A stretch of 64,000 nucleotides of DNA from Pocillopora damicornis. Taxonomy: Eukaryota. The notes under the pieces are model-generated. The model worked only from the letters and a program-made list of their open reading frames with translations. It did not search any database and was not told where the DNA came from. Shown here one piece after another: positions 39,544-56,591 of this stretch (its first letter is position 1; each line of letters starts with the position of its first letter). Made by a program: the position numbers and the translations under genes. The DNA lies in NCBI RefSeq assembly GCF_003704095.1, contig NW_020844270.1, positions 682,001-746,000 on the forward strand. Reading direction: 5' to 3'.

Positions 39544-39764
39544 CTTAGCATGTGCCCCAATAGATGTTGAAGTACAAGAGCAGAGACCATGAGATGTCAT
39601 CTATCTGAGCAGTGTTAATCACACTTCAGTGCCCTAAAAACCACATGTTAGATCCATTTGATAAATTCCTGTGTCACCTTAAGGATTAGCTTGAGTTAAC
39701 TTGTTTCACACCATCCAGTAGATTTCATTTGAAGACATCTTGTTTGTGACTTTTTACATTTCAT

Positions 39765-39920
39765 TAAGGGGCTGAGTTTCTAGAGAAACTGTGGTGCTGC
39801 ATCAGTGGGGGGTGTTACAAGATAATTTGGTGCTATCACTTGAGTTGATAATGTAAGTCAGCCACAGTAAAGAGGTTGTAACACTTGCAATCTGAGTGTT
39901 AGCCCTCTTTCAAAGAGAAT
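39765..39920 (-). mobile_element. Family A element copy, CpG-decayed
   Basis: AGAAACTGTGGTGCTGCATCAGTGGG...TGAGTTGATAATGTAA...TGAGTGTTAGCCCT; CpG positions of the other copies read TpG/CpA here. Confidence 0.7.
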
Positions 39921-40140
39921 ATCATAACTACTTGTAATCAAATGTACTGTGTGGTAGTTTAGCTTCTCAGATACATACGTGCAGAGTTAAAGCAACTGAT
40001 ATGACGTAGGATTCCACTCCATTTTGACTGGGTGAAGAAATCAATTCAACTCAAAATGAGCCTTTGGGAAGAGAGGGTGGACTCCACCCTAGATCAGCTA
40101 TGATGCTCTTTGTCCCAGAAAGTGGTATTGCCATCAATGT

Positions 40141-40435
40141 AGCCTACAGTGCAGGTGTCTCATTAGGGCAAGTTAATATTAAGAAGCTGGCAACCTTTTA
40201 CTCATGTTTGGTCTGAAGTTAGAGTCAACTGTGGGGAGAGGAGTGGGGAAGGGGAAAAAAATTCATTGCTCTAACCCCTCCCCTCTCTTTTTTGATCAAG
40301 GCAAACCCCCATTGGTACAGATTTCTTTCTCTCCCAACTCTTCCACTGCTGTAAAAATCATAGATGGCAGCTATAATTTTCCACTAAGATAATATTGAGC
40401 ACTCACCCACCAAAATTTTGCCTGCTCTGCAGGCT
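40141..40435. mobile_element. MITE with ~15-bp terminal inverted repeats
   Basis: Left end AGCCTACAGTGCAGG; right end CCTGCTCTGCAGGCT (reverse complement AGCCTGCAGAGCAGG). Confidence 0.65.
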
Positions 40436-40966
40436 GCTATCAAAGTTAAAGATCAAACTCTCCTGTAAGAGGGTTAAATAGATCTCAAAGGGTACTGTTG
40501 TAGTGTGAGTGGTTAGAAAGGAAATCATAGGGACAACAGTTAAAGCTGTGACATTTTTGGTGATCAATGGTGGTATTTGATTAGCCCCTGTGCTGCAATA
40601 GGATTTTGTAAAAATTTCACTGTCTTCCCTTTGATACTTTGGTCATATCTCTAATATCCTGACCAATTCATTGTTCCTCGTTACAATTAATTAAAGTACA
40701 ATAACTGTAGCAACCTTCTGGACATTGGATAATGATTTTATTTAAGTGAATAATGAAACTACAACGTGAAGTCTTCTATACAAATTGATTGAAGAGAAAC
40801 AAAAAAGTAATCTCATTAAACAAAAGTTTGGCACTTCTTACTCGTAATACATGACCCCAAGTTATGGTAGAAAATAACATGTAGACTTGACACTGGGAGC
40901 CAAGAAAAGAAATCAGTACTATCTCATGAACGCCTTGGATGTTTCCCATCTTCAAACAAAATTCTG

Positions 40967-41355
40967 TTTACCCTTTAACCTCCATGAGTGATCGGCATGT
41001 AATTTTGAACCATACATTAAATCAGGCCACCAGAATAAAGGATATGATCAACATCTAAAGAAGGTCTTGATTGAAACAATTCTCCCTAGGTAATGTAGAG
41101 AGAACAGTGTGGAGAATTTGCACACTGATTTTAGGGTGCAAAGGGTTAACGCTTTAACCCCTAAGAGTGACTCCACATCTAATTTCTCCTCACAGTGTCA
41201 CTCTTAGATCAAACATTAAGGTCATGACAATAAAGAAAATGTTCAATAACTAAAGAAGCTCTTGATTGTTAAACAAATTCTCCTGTCAGTTCCTTATGAA
41301 ATTATACAGAACAGTTTAGAGAATATGCATGCGGATTTTAAGTGTAAAGGGTCAA
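40967..41355. mobile_element. Two family B MITEs in direct tandem sharing one TTAA (41146-41149)
   Basis: Junction reads ...TTAGGGTGCAAAGGG TTAA CGCTTTAACCCCTAAGAGTGAC...; both units align to 22629-22840. Confidence 0.8.
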
Positions 41356-42498
41356 CATGGTTTACAAATATAAACCAGCTAATAAAACTAATGAGAGTTT
41401 ATGAGACAAGAAAAACATTTATGATGATGTTATACTGCAATTGAGATATTATTAAGTAAAATTTAATGTACTTGTTTTAGATGACACATTTTACTTCCCA
41501 TCCTTCTGCCTATGAATGAACTTATTCAATAAAACTGAACAATGTTCATAGACATGTACCATTATTGCATCATTTTGTGTAATAAATAGTCAGTAATAGT
41601 TTTATTTTTAAATTTCAGTGTATCAATGATATCAATTTCACTCCTGGTTTCATCCATCATAACTTATTATTTCCACTGAGGCATATCACTAAACCCAATT
41701 GAAATCTTTTTGTACATCTTTCCACCAACAGCATCATTCATTAGTCTCTTTTGTGCATATACAAAAGCCATGATGGAAACTCCTTTCCATGCTACCATAA
41801 CACAATTTATTTACAATAGAGACTTAACGCCCTGCTTTTTCACCACCTATGGAAACTCAAAGGCACAAAACTATCCATAAAAGTCAGAAATTAGATTTAA
41901 ATATACACTCACATAGTTTTAAATAGGAAAAATGTCCACACATAAGAGAGCTGGAAGTCATTTTTCCCATTTGGGCTGACCATAATGAGTCAATTTACTT
42001 CCCTCATTTTTAAACTCTTGCCTGGAATGAAATGTGTATTGATCACCATCATGATACTTTGCCACCTTAAGCTTTGGAAATTTTAGTCATGGACCCATAA
42101 GATTGTGTAGCATCTTATTTCACCTTCTAATACCATCACAGAAACAAATGTCATGGTCATTAAAATAATGGAAGTAACCACATCAAGTAACGAAGCTATT
42201 GACTGATAATCACACAAATTCTCATTTTCAGATTCAAGTGAAATTACAAAGATCAGTGTGAAAATTAAGTATGCATGTATTTAAAGGTATAGCGCATTAA
42301 ATTTGAATGATACTGCAACACAAGCTATGTTGGAACCAATCACACTCCATAATTATATATTACTAAACACATAATACAATTATCCTTCAGAAATTCCTTC
42401 AATTGTGGGAGACCCCTCCCTGGAGACAAAAATTCAAAACCTCTGTTCATCATTACATTCAGTTGTATTTTCAGTATTATCAAAATTTTACTTCATAT

Positions 42499-46578
<4,080 letters not shown>

Positions 46579-48021
46579 GTTTGACCCGAACTAACGCAAC
46601 CTTAAGGAAATTAGGGCTCACATCAGGCAGAAAACGAAATCTTCACTTTCATATCTATCTTATCATTTATCTGGTGTGAGAGTGTATCCGTGTAACAAGC
46701 AAATGAACGTAAATTTACGGTGATGACAAGTATAAAGGCGATGAAACACCTACGTCAATAGCTTCAGACCTAACCGATCGAACGCCAACGTCGATTAGAG
46801 ATATCCCGAGGGAATTTTTACCCAGTGGGATTGGGGCTAGTACTGAGTCTCTCAATGGCACGAGCTAAGCCCGGTCAGCCAAATGCCAAGTACCTTTTCT
46901 TCAAATCCTCGCTTGATTTTTCTTCTTTCTTTTTTTGGGGAAGAAAAGTTGTAAAACTCGCTGTCTGATAGAATAGGTAAAAAAAAAAAGAAAAAAATTA
47001 TAGCCAAAGAAATTATAACCGCAATTAAGGTTACCATAAGACTTGAACCGCAAGTCAGAATCCAGGCTTACGGAGCAACACAAGCTTTTTTTCTTGGAGC
47101 GGAAATGACATTTTCAAGGCCCTCTTAGCTGAGATGACTAGGTTCGCGCCCCGAAAAAATGGACACTGTCATTTTCTCGACGTAATTATTCAAATCTTGG
47201 TTGGGGATAATTTTTTTACATAGAAAAGGGCAGGCATGTAATTGCCCAGCTGGCAGCAAGTTTAATAAGATCTTCCTATATTTTTTTGTGGTAAAAAGTT
47301 CAGTTATCTCATTTGATTGTTAGAGAACATTGACAGGAAAGTTAAGCCTATTTAGACGAATAACGACCACTGTATGTGTATCGAGAAGCGGTCAGATCTC
47401 AGTAGCTTATGTTGCTGGTGACCGAGTAAACATATACTTTCCAGACTGAAGCCCTTCCTGAACGAGGTCTGATTTCGTATGTCACTCGTCAGTGAAGATG
47501 GTGATAATAGATTGCAATCGGTTCGCTCAATGCAACATCTTTCAACCTGTTGTCATGTGATACAACCTCTTTCTAGGAATCGACATGTTTCCGCCAAAGA
47601 CGATGTAAATGGGCGTGTGCTCAAACGAGGGTCGAAATCAACGCCCTTCTGGTGTTTCCAATGGTGCAAAAATAAAATAAGCTTGTGAGTGCAATTCACT
47701 CAAAACTGTGTGATCTCTTTTATTTTGGTGAACGATTTTTCTCTTAATAGGTGAACTGTTGCTCTCTGCTCGCAACAATAAAGAGATCAATAAGATCATC
47801 AATGGCGTCACTACTTTTAATAGAAAAGACCACGAACTCGCCTCAGGAAAGTGTCAATAGCGGATGAAATCATCTGCTAACTGAGACTCAGCGATTTTTC
47901 CTGCCAAGATTGGTCTTGATTACGCTTAAATTTGACGCGCAAAATTTGTCGAAAACTTCATTTGAGCAACCTCACTTGATTGCAAAATATACTGGAATAC
48001 AAGGGAATCAAGATAGCGCTC

Positions 48022-51000
48022 ATGCTGTCCGTGTGGTTGGTGGTGTTATCCACCCTCGTCGCCGCGAGTCTTGGAAGCATTGCTCCAGGGAAGCGATCTG
48101 ATTTTTCCATGTCTGACAACCAGTTTTGTAAGTGAGTTTCAGATTGCCATATCATATGGTTTTGTTGCGAATTAGAGTCCAAATTCAAGAATACAACCTC
48201 GTGAATCGTAAATGTTAAATCAGTTTAATGGATTCATAAGAATTTTGAATTATTTTGACAGTCTGAGGAAAATTCCGTGCGATAAAATTTCAACGATGAA
48301 TTCGATTTCGAAGAACTTACGATCAACACAGCATAACCTTTTGTACTACATCTAAAGCTAACTATTCCATGCGTAGGTTGAATCGATTTTGTGATGAGAA
48401 TAATTGATATCAGAGGTAGGTAAACAGTGAACGTGTTTGCAGATCGCGTCGGAGACACGAAACTGGATGATGAGGTCACAGACTGTGCTCTTGTAGAACA
48501 TCAGTTCAAGAAAGGATATATCCGATTGCGAGAGTATCTGGAACGGAGAAGGGGATGTGGAAGAAAAGGTAACTTACTAATAACTCTTCTCTGCGAGCTG
48601 AATATATCAAAACCATAATAAAGGATTATTTTGGTACCTGTAACAGGTGGATGGTTTTGACGAAAAGCTTGATATATAAGTGTGGACGAAGGCAAGACGG
48701 AAACTGGGTCCAGTGCACGAAATAGAGGCTGGCTAATAACTTTTTTTCCGCTCAATATTAATGTCGATCTGAAAGACAAACTCGGGCTTTTGAGTCGCTG
48801 TTCGTGTTCATGGCTAAACCCAAATAAATTTTGGCAGAGACAACCCAAAGAGAAGAAGGGCCAAACGGATAGAGTGAAACAATTCGTTTGCTTGTTTGTT
48901 ATAATTAATTTATTGAGCATTTTACCAGTTGGCCTCGAGGTGATGCACTTGACCCAGTTTCCCTGGATCACAGCTTTACCTGGCACAAAGGTTTATTAAA
49001 AAGAGTCTCCAATGTGAGAGAGATGAGTAAATTAAAGAGAAGCGTGTCGAGTCACTAACATGAAAACGCTAAAGTTTAGGTAGCGCAAAACTCTTAGAGC
49101 GTCAGTTTCTGCTTGTTTTCGGGTGGATTATCGTACCTCAAATCTTCCTCTGAAATTATGATCAGAATTCAGTGCGCAACTTTAAGTGTCAAAGTGTTTG
49201 ATACTCTTCTGCGTTTTAATCAATCGTGCCTTACTTGGTTTCTTCTCTTTCAAAAGACCGCTTAATTTTGTCACTATAATGACACCAGTTTGTTTGGATA
49301 AACACAGGGCCCCAAATGGATTTCTGTAAATACTACCAAATCTGCAATAAAAAGTACCATTTTCATCTGAATGCTTGCTTTGAAACTCAGGAGAGTTTTT
49401 AACAAATACAAAAATACTAAACGTTTGAACGTGTCCTTTAGTAGCATGTCGTAATGATGTGGGATATTGATCAAATGAAGCCTTTAAGTGCTACTGTGAT
49501 TCTTTCTTTATTCACTCCGAGCTTTCGCCGTTCTACGGCATCATCAGGGAGGACGATAAAATATTTGCGCTATGGTTTTAAACGTTGGAGGTGCCACTGT
49601 AAATTAGCATAGTGTAAAACTAGCCAGTAGGACGCATGAAAACTAATGGCGTGATAAAATGTTCTAAAATATGTGTTAAAAACAGTTAATTAAAATAGCT
49701 CATTAAAATAAATCATTAAAATAGAAGATCGTTAATGTATTGACTTTATAATCTCATGATCATGCAACGTTTTTATTGCAGGAAAACTTAAAAACATCGA
49801 AGGAATTGAAAAGTCAACAGAGGATGACATTAACAACGAAAACATCGCCGAGATCGCCAAATCGGCCACTGAAGACTTTCACTACTCTGTGCCGTCTCCA
49901 TTGCCCGTCGCCAAGAAGGTCCCTAAGCTCAAAACTATTCCTCAAGGTGAGAGTTTACCTTGTTATTTTATTTTGATGGAGCAAGTTTCAATTGAATGTT
50001 TAACATGTCAAAAGATATCCATTTTTGTTGGGTCGGAATTCCTTGACAGCGCTCTGTCATTGGCGATGAAATTTCACGCCAGCCTCTTGACCAATCAGAT
50101 GGCGCTCCTCACGTTTGAGGCGCTTTGCTGGTTTTTGATTTATGTGAGCTCCGATTGCTCCTTGGGAAAGTCTCCCTGACCCTGTTTGGGGTTATAAGTT
50201 TTAACGACATTAAATCAAAAAGTGTCTTGATTTGCGTCTCAATGATATGTTTCTTTCGCCATCAAACAACAGCCAACACATTCGGGTTTATCAAGACGAA
50301 TTCTTTAGGCACTTTCAGTTTTTGAATACAAGAGCTCGACGATTACAAATACAAATTTTGGCATTATCATACCGAAGGTTTATGATTTGAGACAAAACAA
50401 CTGCTCAATCAATACTTAGATTGAAACAGATCCTTGATCTCCTTCTTTTGCTTAGTGATCAACATTTATCAGCCTCATAAAATGGCTTATGTGCCCCGCA
50501 GGCAACCTGTGCCAGGTGGGTGTTAGAATAAGCTAACTAATAACTTGATTAATCAACAGTCATGCAGCTAGGGCGTACTCCTTCAGTGTTGAAAGCCTTA
50601 ATAGCACCCCCATTATCTATTTAAATATAGGTTTTTTAGCTTTAGTAAGTTTCACTGGCACTGTTTGGCCGAGAAAATGTTTCTGTTAATGCTTAGACGG
50701 AAGGTGACATTCACTCGTGTAATCCATGCACACCTCGCTCTATGCTTGGTTATAAGAATACATGCCACTAAAAGTTATCAATCAAATGCAAGTTAGTTCT
50801 TTAGGCACTCGAACGATAGATCTTTCCTCAAGCCCTGGGCGAGCAATGCGTGTTTTGGGACAGGACACTAATTTTCAATGTATCTCTTACCACCCAGAAG
50901 TCAAGTGAGTGCCGGTGAATATTCCTTAAATGTTGCAAATGTGGCACAGACGTAGGCGCAGTTTGGATAACCTATAGTTCTTAATACTTAACCAGCACTG

Positions 51001-52566
51001 AAAATGAGATGACTTTCTGGGACTAATTTAGACAGTAATGTGATGTAAGCAATGAAGTAATTCTAGCTATACTACCTTCAATAAATCTTGTTCTTGTCGC
51101 TAACAGTGGCGACAGCAACAGGAAAAACAGCGGTACAGCACACTCCCGCCCGCCCCGCTCTCCAAGCCACGGTACAAAGGAACAAGCCAGCAAGACCAAG
51201 CTTGAGCGACTATCAAAGCAAATCTCAGAATTTAGGACTTTCCTTTAAGAGCAACCCATCTGTCGCGGCTTTTCCAAGCTCTGTGGAGAATCAAAACACA
51301 CAGGCTCTATTCACTAACGCGCTCGGGGATCAATACACGCGTCTGGCTTCCAACTACGATCACCTCGATCAACCAAAACCCAACCACGACCTACTTCAAA
51401 CATTTTATCCAGGCACATTTCAAGAAGGCTCACACACTGGAGAAACTGTTGCTGTGGGTCAACCGCTGTTCGTTCAAAAAGCCCGCGTCCAAACCACCAC
51501 TAATCCTCAAAACAAAATGTCCAGCTTCCTAAAAAATGCAATAAATAACTTCAATAAGCCCTCATTAAGCACGCCTGCTAGTACCAGTACATATAAAGGA
51601 CCAAGTATTAACTCTCAACCACAGGTTTTGAATAAATCTACCACAAAAATTAATGCTCAAAGTAACCCGGACGAAAATATCGACGAAAATCTTGCAGCTA
51701 TGCGCGATCCCGAAAAAGACGACAGCAATGGTTCAATCGATGAAAAACCTACTCCGGAACCTGGAATTGACGATAAACCAGCTAACCAAGCCACCATCAT
51801 TCCTTCTAATGATCCCAGCTCATTGTCTTTGTCACAGAGACCTAGAGTACAATTAGAACCAATGAAACCTGTTTCAGACATGTCAAACGGGCTTGGAAAG
51901 CCGATTATGAAAGGAACCCCTACATCTGTAAACAAACCGCAGAATGCTGTAGCTCAACACAACACTGCTCCAGAAAAGCTTCAACAGCCTTCAGTCAACT
52001 TTGATGTCCTCAAAAACAAAATTATGCATACAACCAATGCAACTTTCCTACGGCGCATGCTCACGCTTATTCAAAAGATCACTCATCACAAAGACTTTTC
52101 GAAACTGCAAGCCCCTGCTCGGAGTCTGGTGACCCAGGCGAACACCGCTGTCCAGGCGCTCACTAATGCGTATAAAGAGAGAGTTTCGTCAACACCGCTG
52201 GCCGGTGGAAATGGTGATCAGCTATATCCCCTGAGTAAGAAGTCCGCTGTCCAGAGATTTAGTCAGGCGTACAACGGGAGAATTTCAGCTTCGCCGCTAA
52301 ATTTCGGAATTGTTAACCAGATTTATAGGAATGTCTATCCAGCGACCAAAAAGTCGACTCTCCCAGTGATGAATCAAGTGTATAACCCAAGGATTGCAGC
52401 CATAAGACCTGCTAACCAATTTTATGGCAACAACTATTCGGGGCTGACCAAGAAATTCCAAATAGCAAGGAATCCCTATTACCAGAACTATTACCAATAC
52501 AGACAACCGTATTACAGCAATTTGCAGAGTATGCAATACGGGTTATACAACGGCAATGAACCATGA
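48022..52566 (+). CDS. Uncharacterised secreted precursor A, 5 exons, ~638 aa (signal peptide, KR site, C-x23-C exon, long P/Q/N/S/T-rich region, Tyr-rich C-terminus)
   Basis: Exons 48022-48127, 48443-48568, 49782-49946, 50456-50515, 51107-52566; all introns GT-AG phase 1, frame open. N-terminus MLSVWLVVLSTLVAASLG-SIAPGKR. Confidence 0.8.
49515..49551 (-). ncRNA. Apparently intact minimal type I hammerhead ribozyme (Penelope-type) in intron 2 of precursor A, antisense
   Basis: Minus strand: CUCC-CUGAUGA-U-GCCG-UAGAA-CGGC-GAAA-G-CUC-GGAG followed by UGAAUAAA. Stem I CUCC/GGAG, stem II GCCG/CGGC, palindromic AGCU stem III, CUC cleavage triplet. Confidence 0.8.
50815..50930 (+). mobile_element. 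Degenerate tRNA-derived SINE remnant
   Basis: TCAAGCCCTGG...GTGTTTTGGGACAGGACACT...TCTCTTACCACCCAG...GAGTGCCGGTGAA resembles a widespread metazoan SINE body as I recall it; no intact tRNA cloverleaf. Confidence 0.4.
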
Positions 52567-53797
52567 GTTAAACTGTTTGAAATGACTCAGACTAAAAAAA
52601 CCAATGTCACCTGTTATAGGTTTTCGCAGCGTTAATAAGTGAACAGCGCATAATAAATGCATCCGAGTAGACAAGCCTTTGGACTAGACTATTCCTCTCC
52701 ATCATCTTCACCTACTACACTTTGTATGTGCATTGCTGATTACCACGCAACCTAGCAAGTTGGACAGGCTGTAATGAAGGGCGCTTACGATTATGACGAG
52801 CCAATTATGACTGGTTGTAAGCGCCCTGGGCAAATGCTCTTTCTCTGTACTTTTGCCTAATCGATGAGGCTACCTAGAGCCGGGTACTCTTTGATTGTTG
52901 GCAACATCTTCTCTTACCCCTACTGTAACTTTAGATAAAGTTCTCAACTTGTATGAGATTAATTTTTCTCTTTCTTCGTTCCTTGATTTTTTGATGCAAC
53001 ATTTTTGCAGCTTACGTTAAATCAATATTATGTAGTTTCGTGCCGTTTTGTGGTTTACAAAGTTTACTTGTCATGTGATATTAGGTCACATAAAAAGAAA
53101 AACCTATCACGGTACTGTTGAGAAATCATGTCGAGAAATCAAGATTAGCCTAATGTAGTCATTTTTTGTATACGCATACTTTAAAGATAAACTGATTTTA
53201 GATTTTAGACAGTCAGTTACCCCACAACCAAATATAGGAGAACCTTACTAACGACCACTGAATTAATGAAACACTATATATAATTGTAAAGGCTTTGTAG
53301 GAAAATAAAAATTTGATGTTAATATCGTCATCAGTTTCAGTATTATTTCGGTTCATCTTTCCTAAGCGACCAAGCGTGTGAGACTAAACCCCTACGTGTG
53401 CTACTCTAGCCTAGCTGGCCCTTGCTATTAGTTCTTCAATACAAGCTTAGCTTTTCTTCGCTGGAAAGAGGCCTATGAGCGGCGCTAATCGGTCTGCAAG
53501 AGGGTCCAGCAGTTAATAATGAGGACCCCTACACTATTAGTGCCAGACTCCCTGCAAACCTCTCCCCTAATCGTCTCACGCGGGCGTGAGCTTACTTCTT
53601 TCTTAATTTATTCAGTGTGTTCTCTCTGATTTAAACTTTTTCTTGTTTACGCTTTATCCAAGATGAGCGGATATGAACGCGTATTGAATTACAAAGAGTG
53701 TCCCTCGAATTTATCCCCTTTAATCCATTCCGAGTAAAGAGCATCCGATCCATCGGCTGGATAGGGCAGTGAACTTTTAAGTTAAAACAAGATTCCA

Positions 53798-54011
53798 TTA
53801 ACCCTCTGACCCCTAAGAGCGAATAGCATCTGATCCCTCCTTGCAATATCTCCCCGAATCACAGATTAAAGTCACGAGAATAAAGAAAATGATCACCAAC
53901 CAAAGAAGCCCTTGATTGTTAAACAAATAATTTCCTCGTTAACACCTCAGGATATTCACAGAGAACAGTATGGAGAATATGCATACTGATGTATGGCTGT
54001 GAGAAGCTCAA
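53798..54011. mobile_element. Family B TTAA MITE
   Basis: TTAACCCTCTGACCCCTAAGAGCG...AAAGAAAATGATCACCAAC...GAGAACAGTATGGAGAATATGCATACTGATG. Confidence 0.8.
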
Positions 54012-54575
54012 GGAGCAAGAAAACTATTCCCTAACGCCTGTTTTAATCGATAAACACGATACAAAGATTTTTACGGATAGCTATCTTTCTCAGATTTAGG
54101 AGAGGCTGAACAAGGAAAATTTCTGGAGGGGACTGAAATTTGTCAAGGAGGACTGTTAACGTTTTATAGATTTGACCCTACAAACTACCCATTTTTATTT
54201 CTTTCTTATGACCACAAGATCCCTTTTTTCGCGTTTGTAGAATTTTCTTTTTCTTGGTGATTTATAGTTTTCATCTCTTGGCACCTGCTTCAGTTAACAT
54301 AAACCAAATCATTTGTACCAATCAACACGAAGAGTACCTCCATAAACTGTGGACCTAGCAATAAAATAGAAGTCCCGCGCGCGGCTTTAATTGGTTATCG
54401 TTGGTCCCAAAATAACGTAATACCAAAACACTGGGTGAGATCTGACTTGAGCAACGCAACTGCCAAATTTGGTGTCTTAGCTGATGGTAGAAATCAAAAT
54501 TTTGCTGGTTTTGATTTAATTTGTTAAGTTTTAACTCGATCAAACCAAGCGGAACTGGACCGTGTGTTTGAAAGA

Positions 54576-56066
54576 ATGGAGCGCTTCACACTTGCTTGGG
54601 TTCTGTTTACGCTTTGTCTGTGTTCTGTGTTAGGAAGACCCGCAAAACAAAAGTCATCACTCTTAAAGACGATAGTCAAGAGATGGGACTTGATCGTCGA
54701 AAACGACCGTAAGTCAGTGAAGTGTTTAATTTTATGCCCGCTATGTTAAGATCATCAATTACCAACACAAACGCTCTAAGCGTGCCTAACGGGGCTCACA
54801 ATCCATCAGAAAAATTGACAAAGCACTTGAAAGAAAACCATGATCTCAAAACACAAATTGTATTTGAAATGTCAGAAAACACCTGCTGGTCTCGAGTCAT
54901 GGCGATGTAAAGATTGTCAATCATTACTATCACATTCTCCTAATCCTACCTATGTTTTGGTCAAAGTTGGTGGGAAAGGTTTGTTTTGGCGCAATAAGGC
55001 ATTTTAGGGTAAACTTGGGTTGAAGGAATTTTGTTTTCAACCTTGTGACATAGCCTACATGTGATTACCCCCCTCTCCCTCCCCCCCGCGTGATCCCTAA
55101 AGAGGAGGGGAGGGAGGAGAACTTCATCAAGTTCACTGCTGTCAACTGCTTCTTCCGCGCCGAAAAAGAGCCCTTGTTAGTCTGCCCCTTGCATAATAGG
55201 CTTCCCAAGAACTGAGGGCAGGAGGGACACCAACTCTTCAACATTTTTTGATTCATCTATCGGCCTATAAATTTATTCATTTATTAATTTTTTTTTTTGC
55301 TGTACAAATTAAATCATAATGGTTCGGGGTCTGAGAGAGCAGCATTCATTCGACATCACTGAAACGACAAGTTACCTGAAGTTGCTGATCGAGTACATGA
55401 TTAACCAGGTAGCTTCTTGTAAATAATTCGCAATTCTCCCTTAAAACAGTTGCACTATTCCCTGGGTTATCATGGGCTCTGAAATTTTCAAGCTGAGTCT
55501 TAATTACTGACATGAAAAGAAACTAGATGCTCACTCAAACTTACTATCGGAAGTGAGTCAGTTTTTGGCAGCAAAATATAGCAAAAGGTAAGGATGACAT
55601 CGTAGATTTCGCTTTGGCGGGTTATTACATGCTACATCATTTCCATTACAGATAGATTGGAAAAGCACAACAATTTCTTCGCAATAATGTGTATGTTCAA
55701 TTTTATTTACAAGTAACACATACTTAAATTTGTATGCGCCATTACCTGTTAGCCATATGTTGCGTCTATGTTGAGTCCATAGTTTGCATACAACTCTGTC
55801 AGGAAGTAATGGAATTTCAGCGTCTCCTTCATTCCTTACAAAGGCTAGAATTTCTTACCACCATCAGTAGTAGCAGCTATGAAGCAAAGGCTTCCAGATT
55901 TTTCATTACTGATTAGCTATGCCAAGCTTCAAGCCATTTGTCTCTGTGCATGGGATACTCTGGTTTAGCTGTTGCAAATCACGGTTTGAAATTATATCCA
56001 GACGGAAGACGAGACATCATGGACCGAACCACGCGCACTACTAGTGCGTCGAAATGTAAAAGTTAA
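54576..56066 (+). CDS. Candidate 78-aa prepropeptide (amidated peptide precursor B), 3 exons
   Basis: Exons 54576-54708 (donor GTAAGT), 55652-55690 (TTCCATTACAG / GTATGT), 56002-56066 (TATCCAG); phases 1,1. Product MERFTLAWVLFTLCLCSVLG-RPAKQKSSLLKTIV-KR-WDLIVENDHRLEKHNNFFAIMY-G-RR-DIMDRTTRTTSASKCKS. Exon 1 is well supported; exons 2-3 are predicted only. Confidence 0.55.
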
Positions 56067-56591
56067 AAAAGAAACAGAGCATTTCGGATCACCGGAAAAA
56101 ATACAAGTTTGCCAAGTAAATGAATTTTCCGCAACCTCTAAGAGCGTCAGATCTAAAGGTGAAAATCAACCGCAAAAGGTGTCTACGTACAACAATCCTT
56201 ATGGTAAAAATGGCACAAAACTTGCCAATAGATACACGTTTATTAAGTTTTGATTCTTCTGTTTAATTGCTATGTATACTTTAAACCCTCCACAAGCTTC
56301 GTTCGCAAGTGTTTGATACTTCATACCTCAGTGAACGACGAAAAACTCACCTGCTAGTTCTTAGGAGATCGTATCAGTTTTAGCAGGTATCTCTTTGTAG
56401 ATAGAAGATGAAAAAATTGACATGCTAAGGAAAACATGTTTAATTCATAAAGTTGTGACACTTCCTGTAATGTAGTGAAAGCAAAATCAGAGAGCACGCG
56501 CTCCCTTGGGTTCTCAACCGTGAACAAGAAATCCTTGGAATCCATTTCTCCGTAATTTCACCTCGGACCCTCGGGTTTCGAAGATTTCAAG

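Noticed and set aside
54576-56066. Homology of the candidate Tyr-amide peptide to NPY/NPF
   Set aside because: Lacks the RxR[FY]amide ending and PP-fold prolines; intron position differs.
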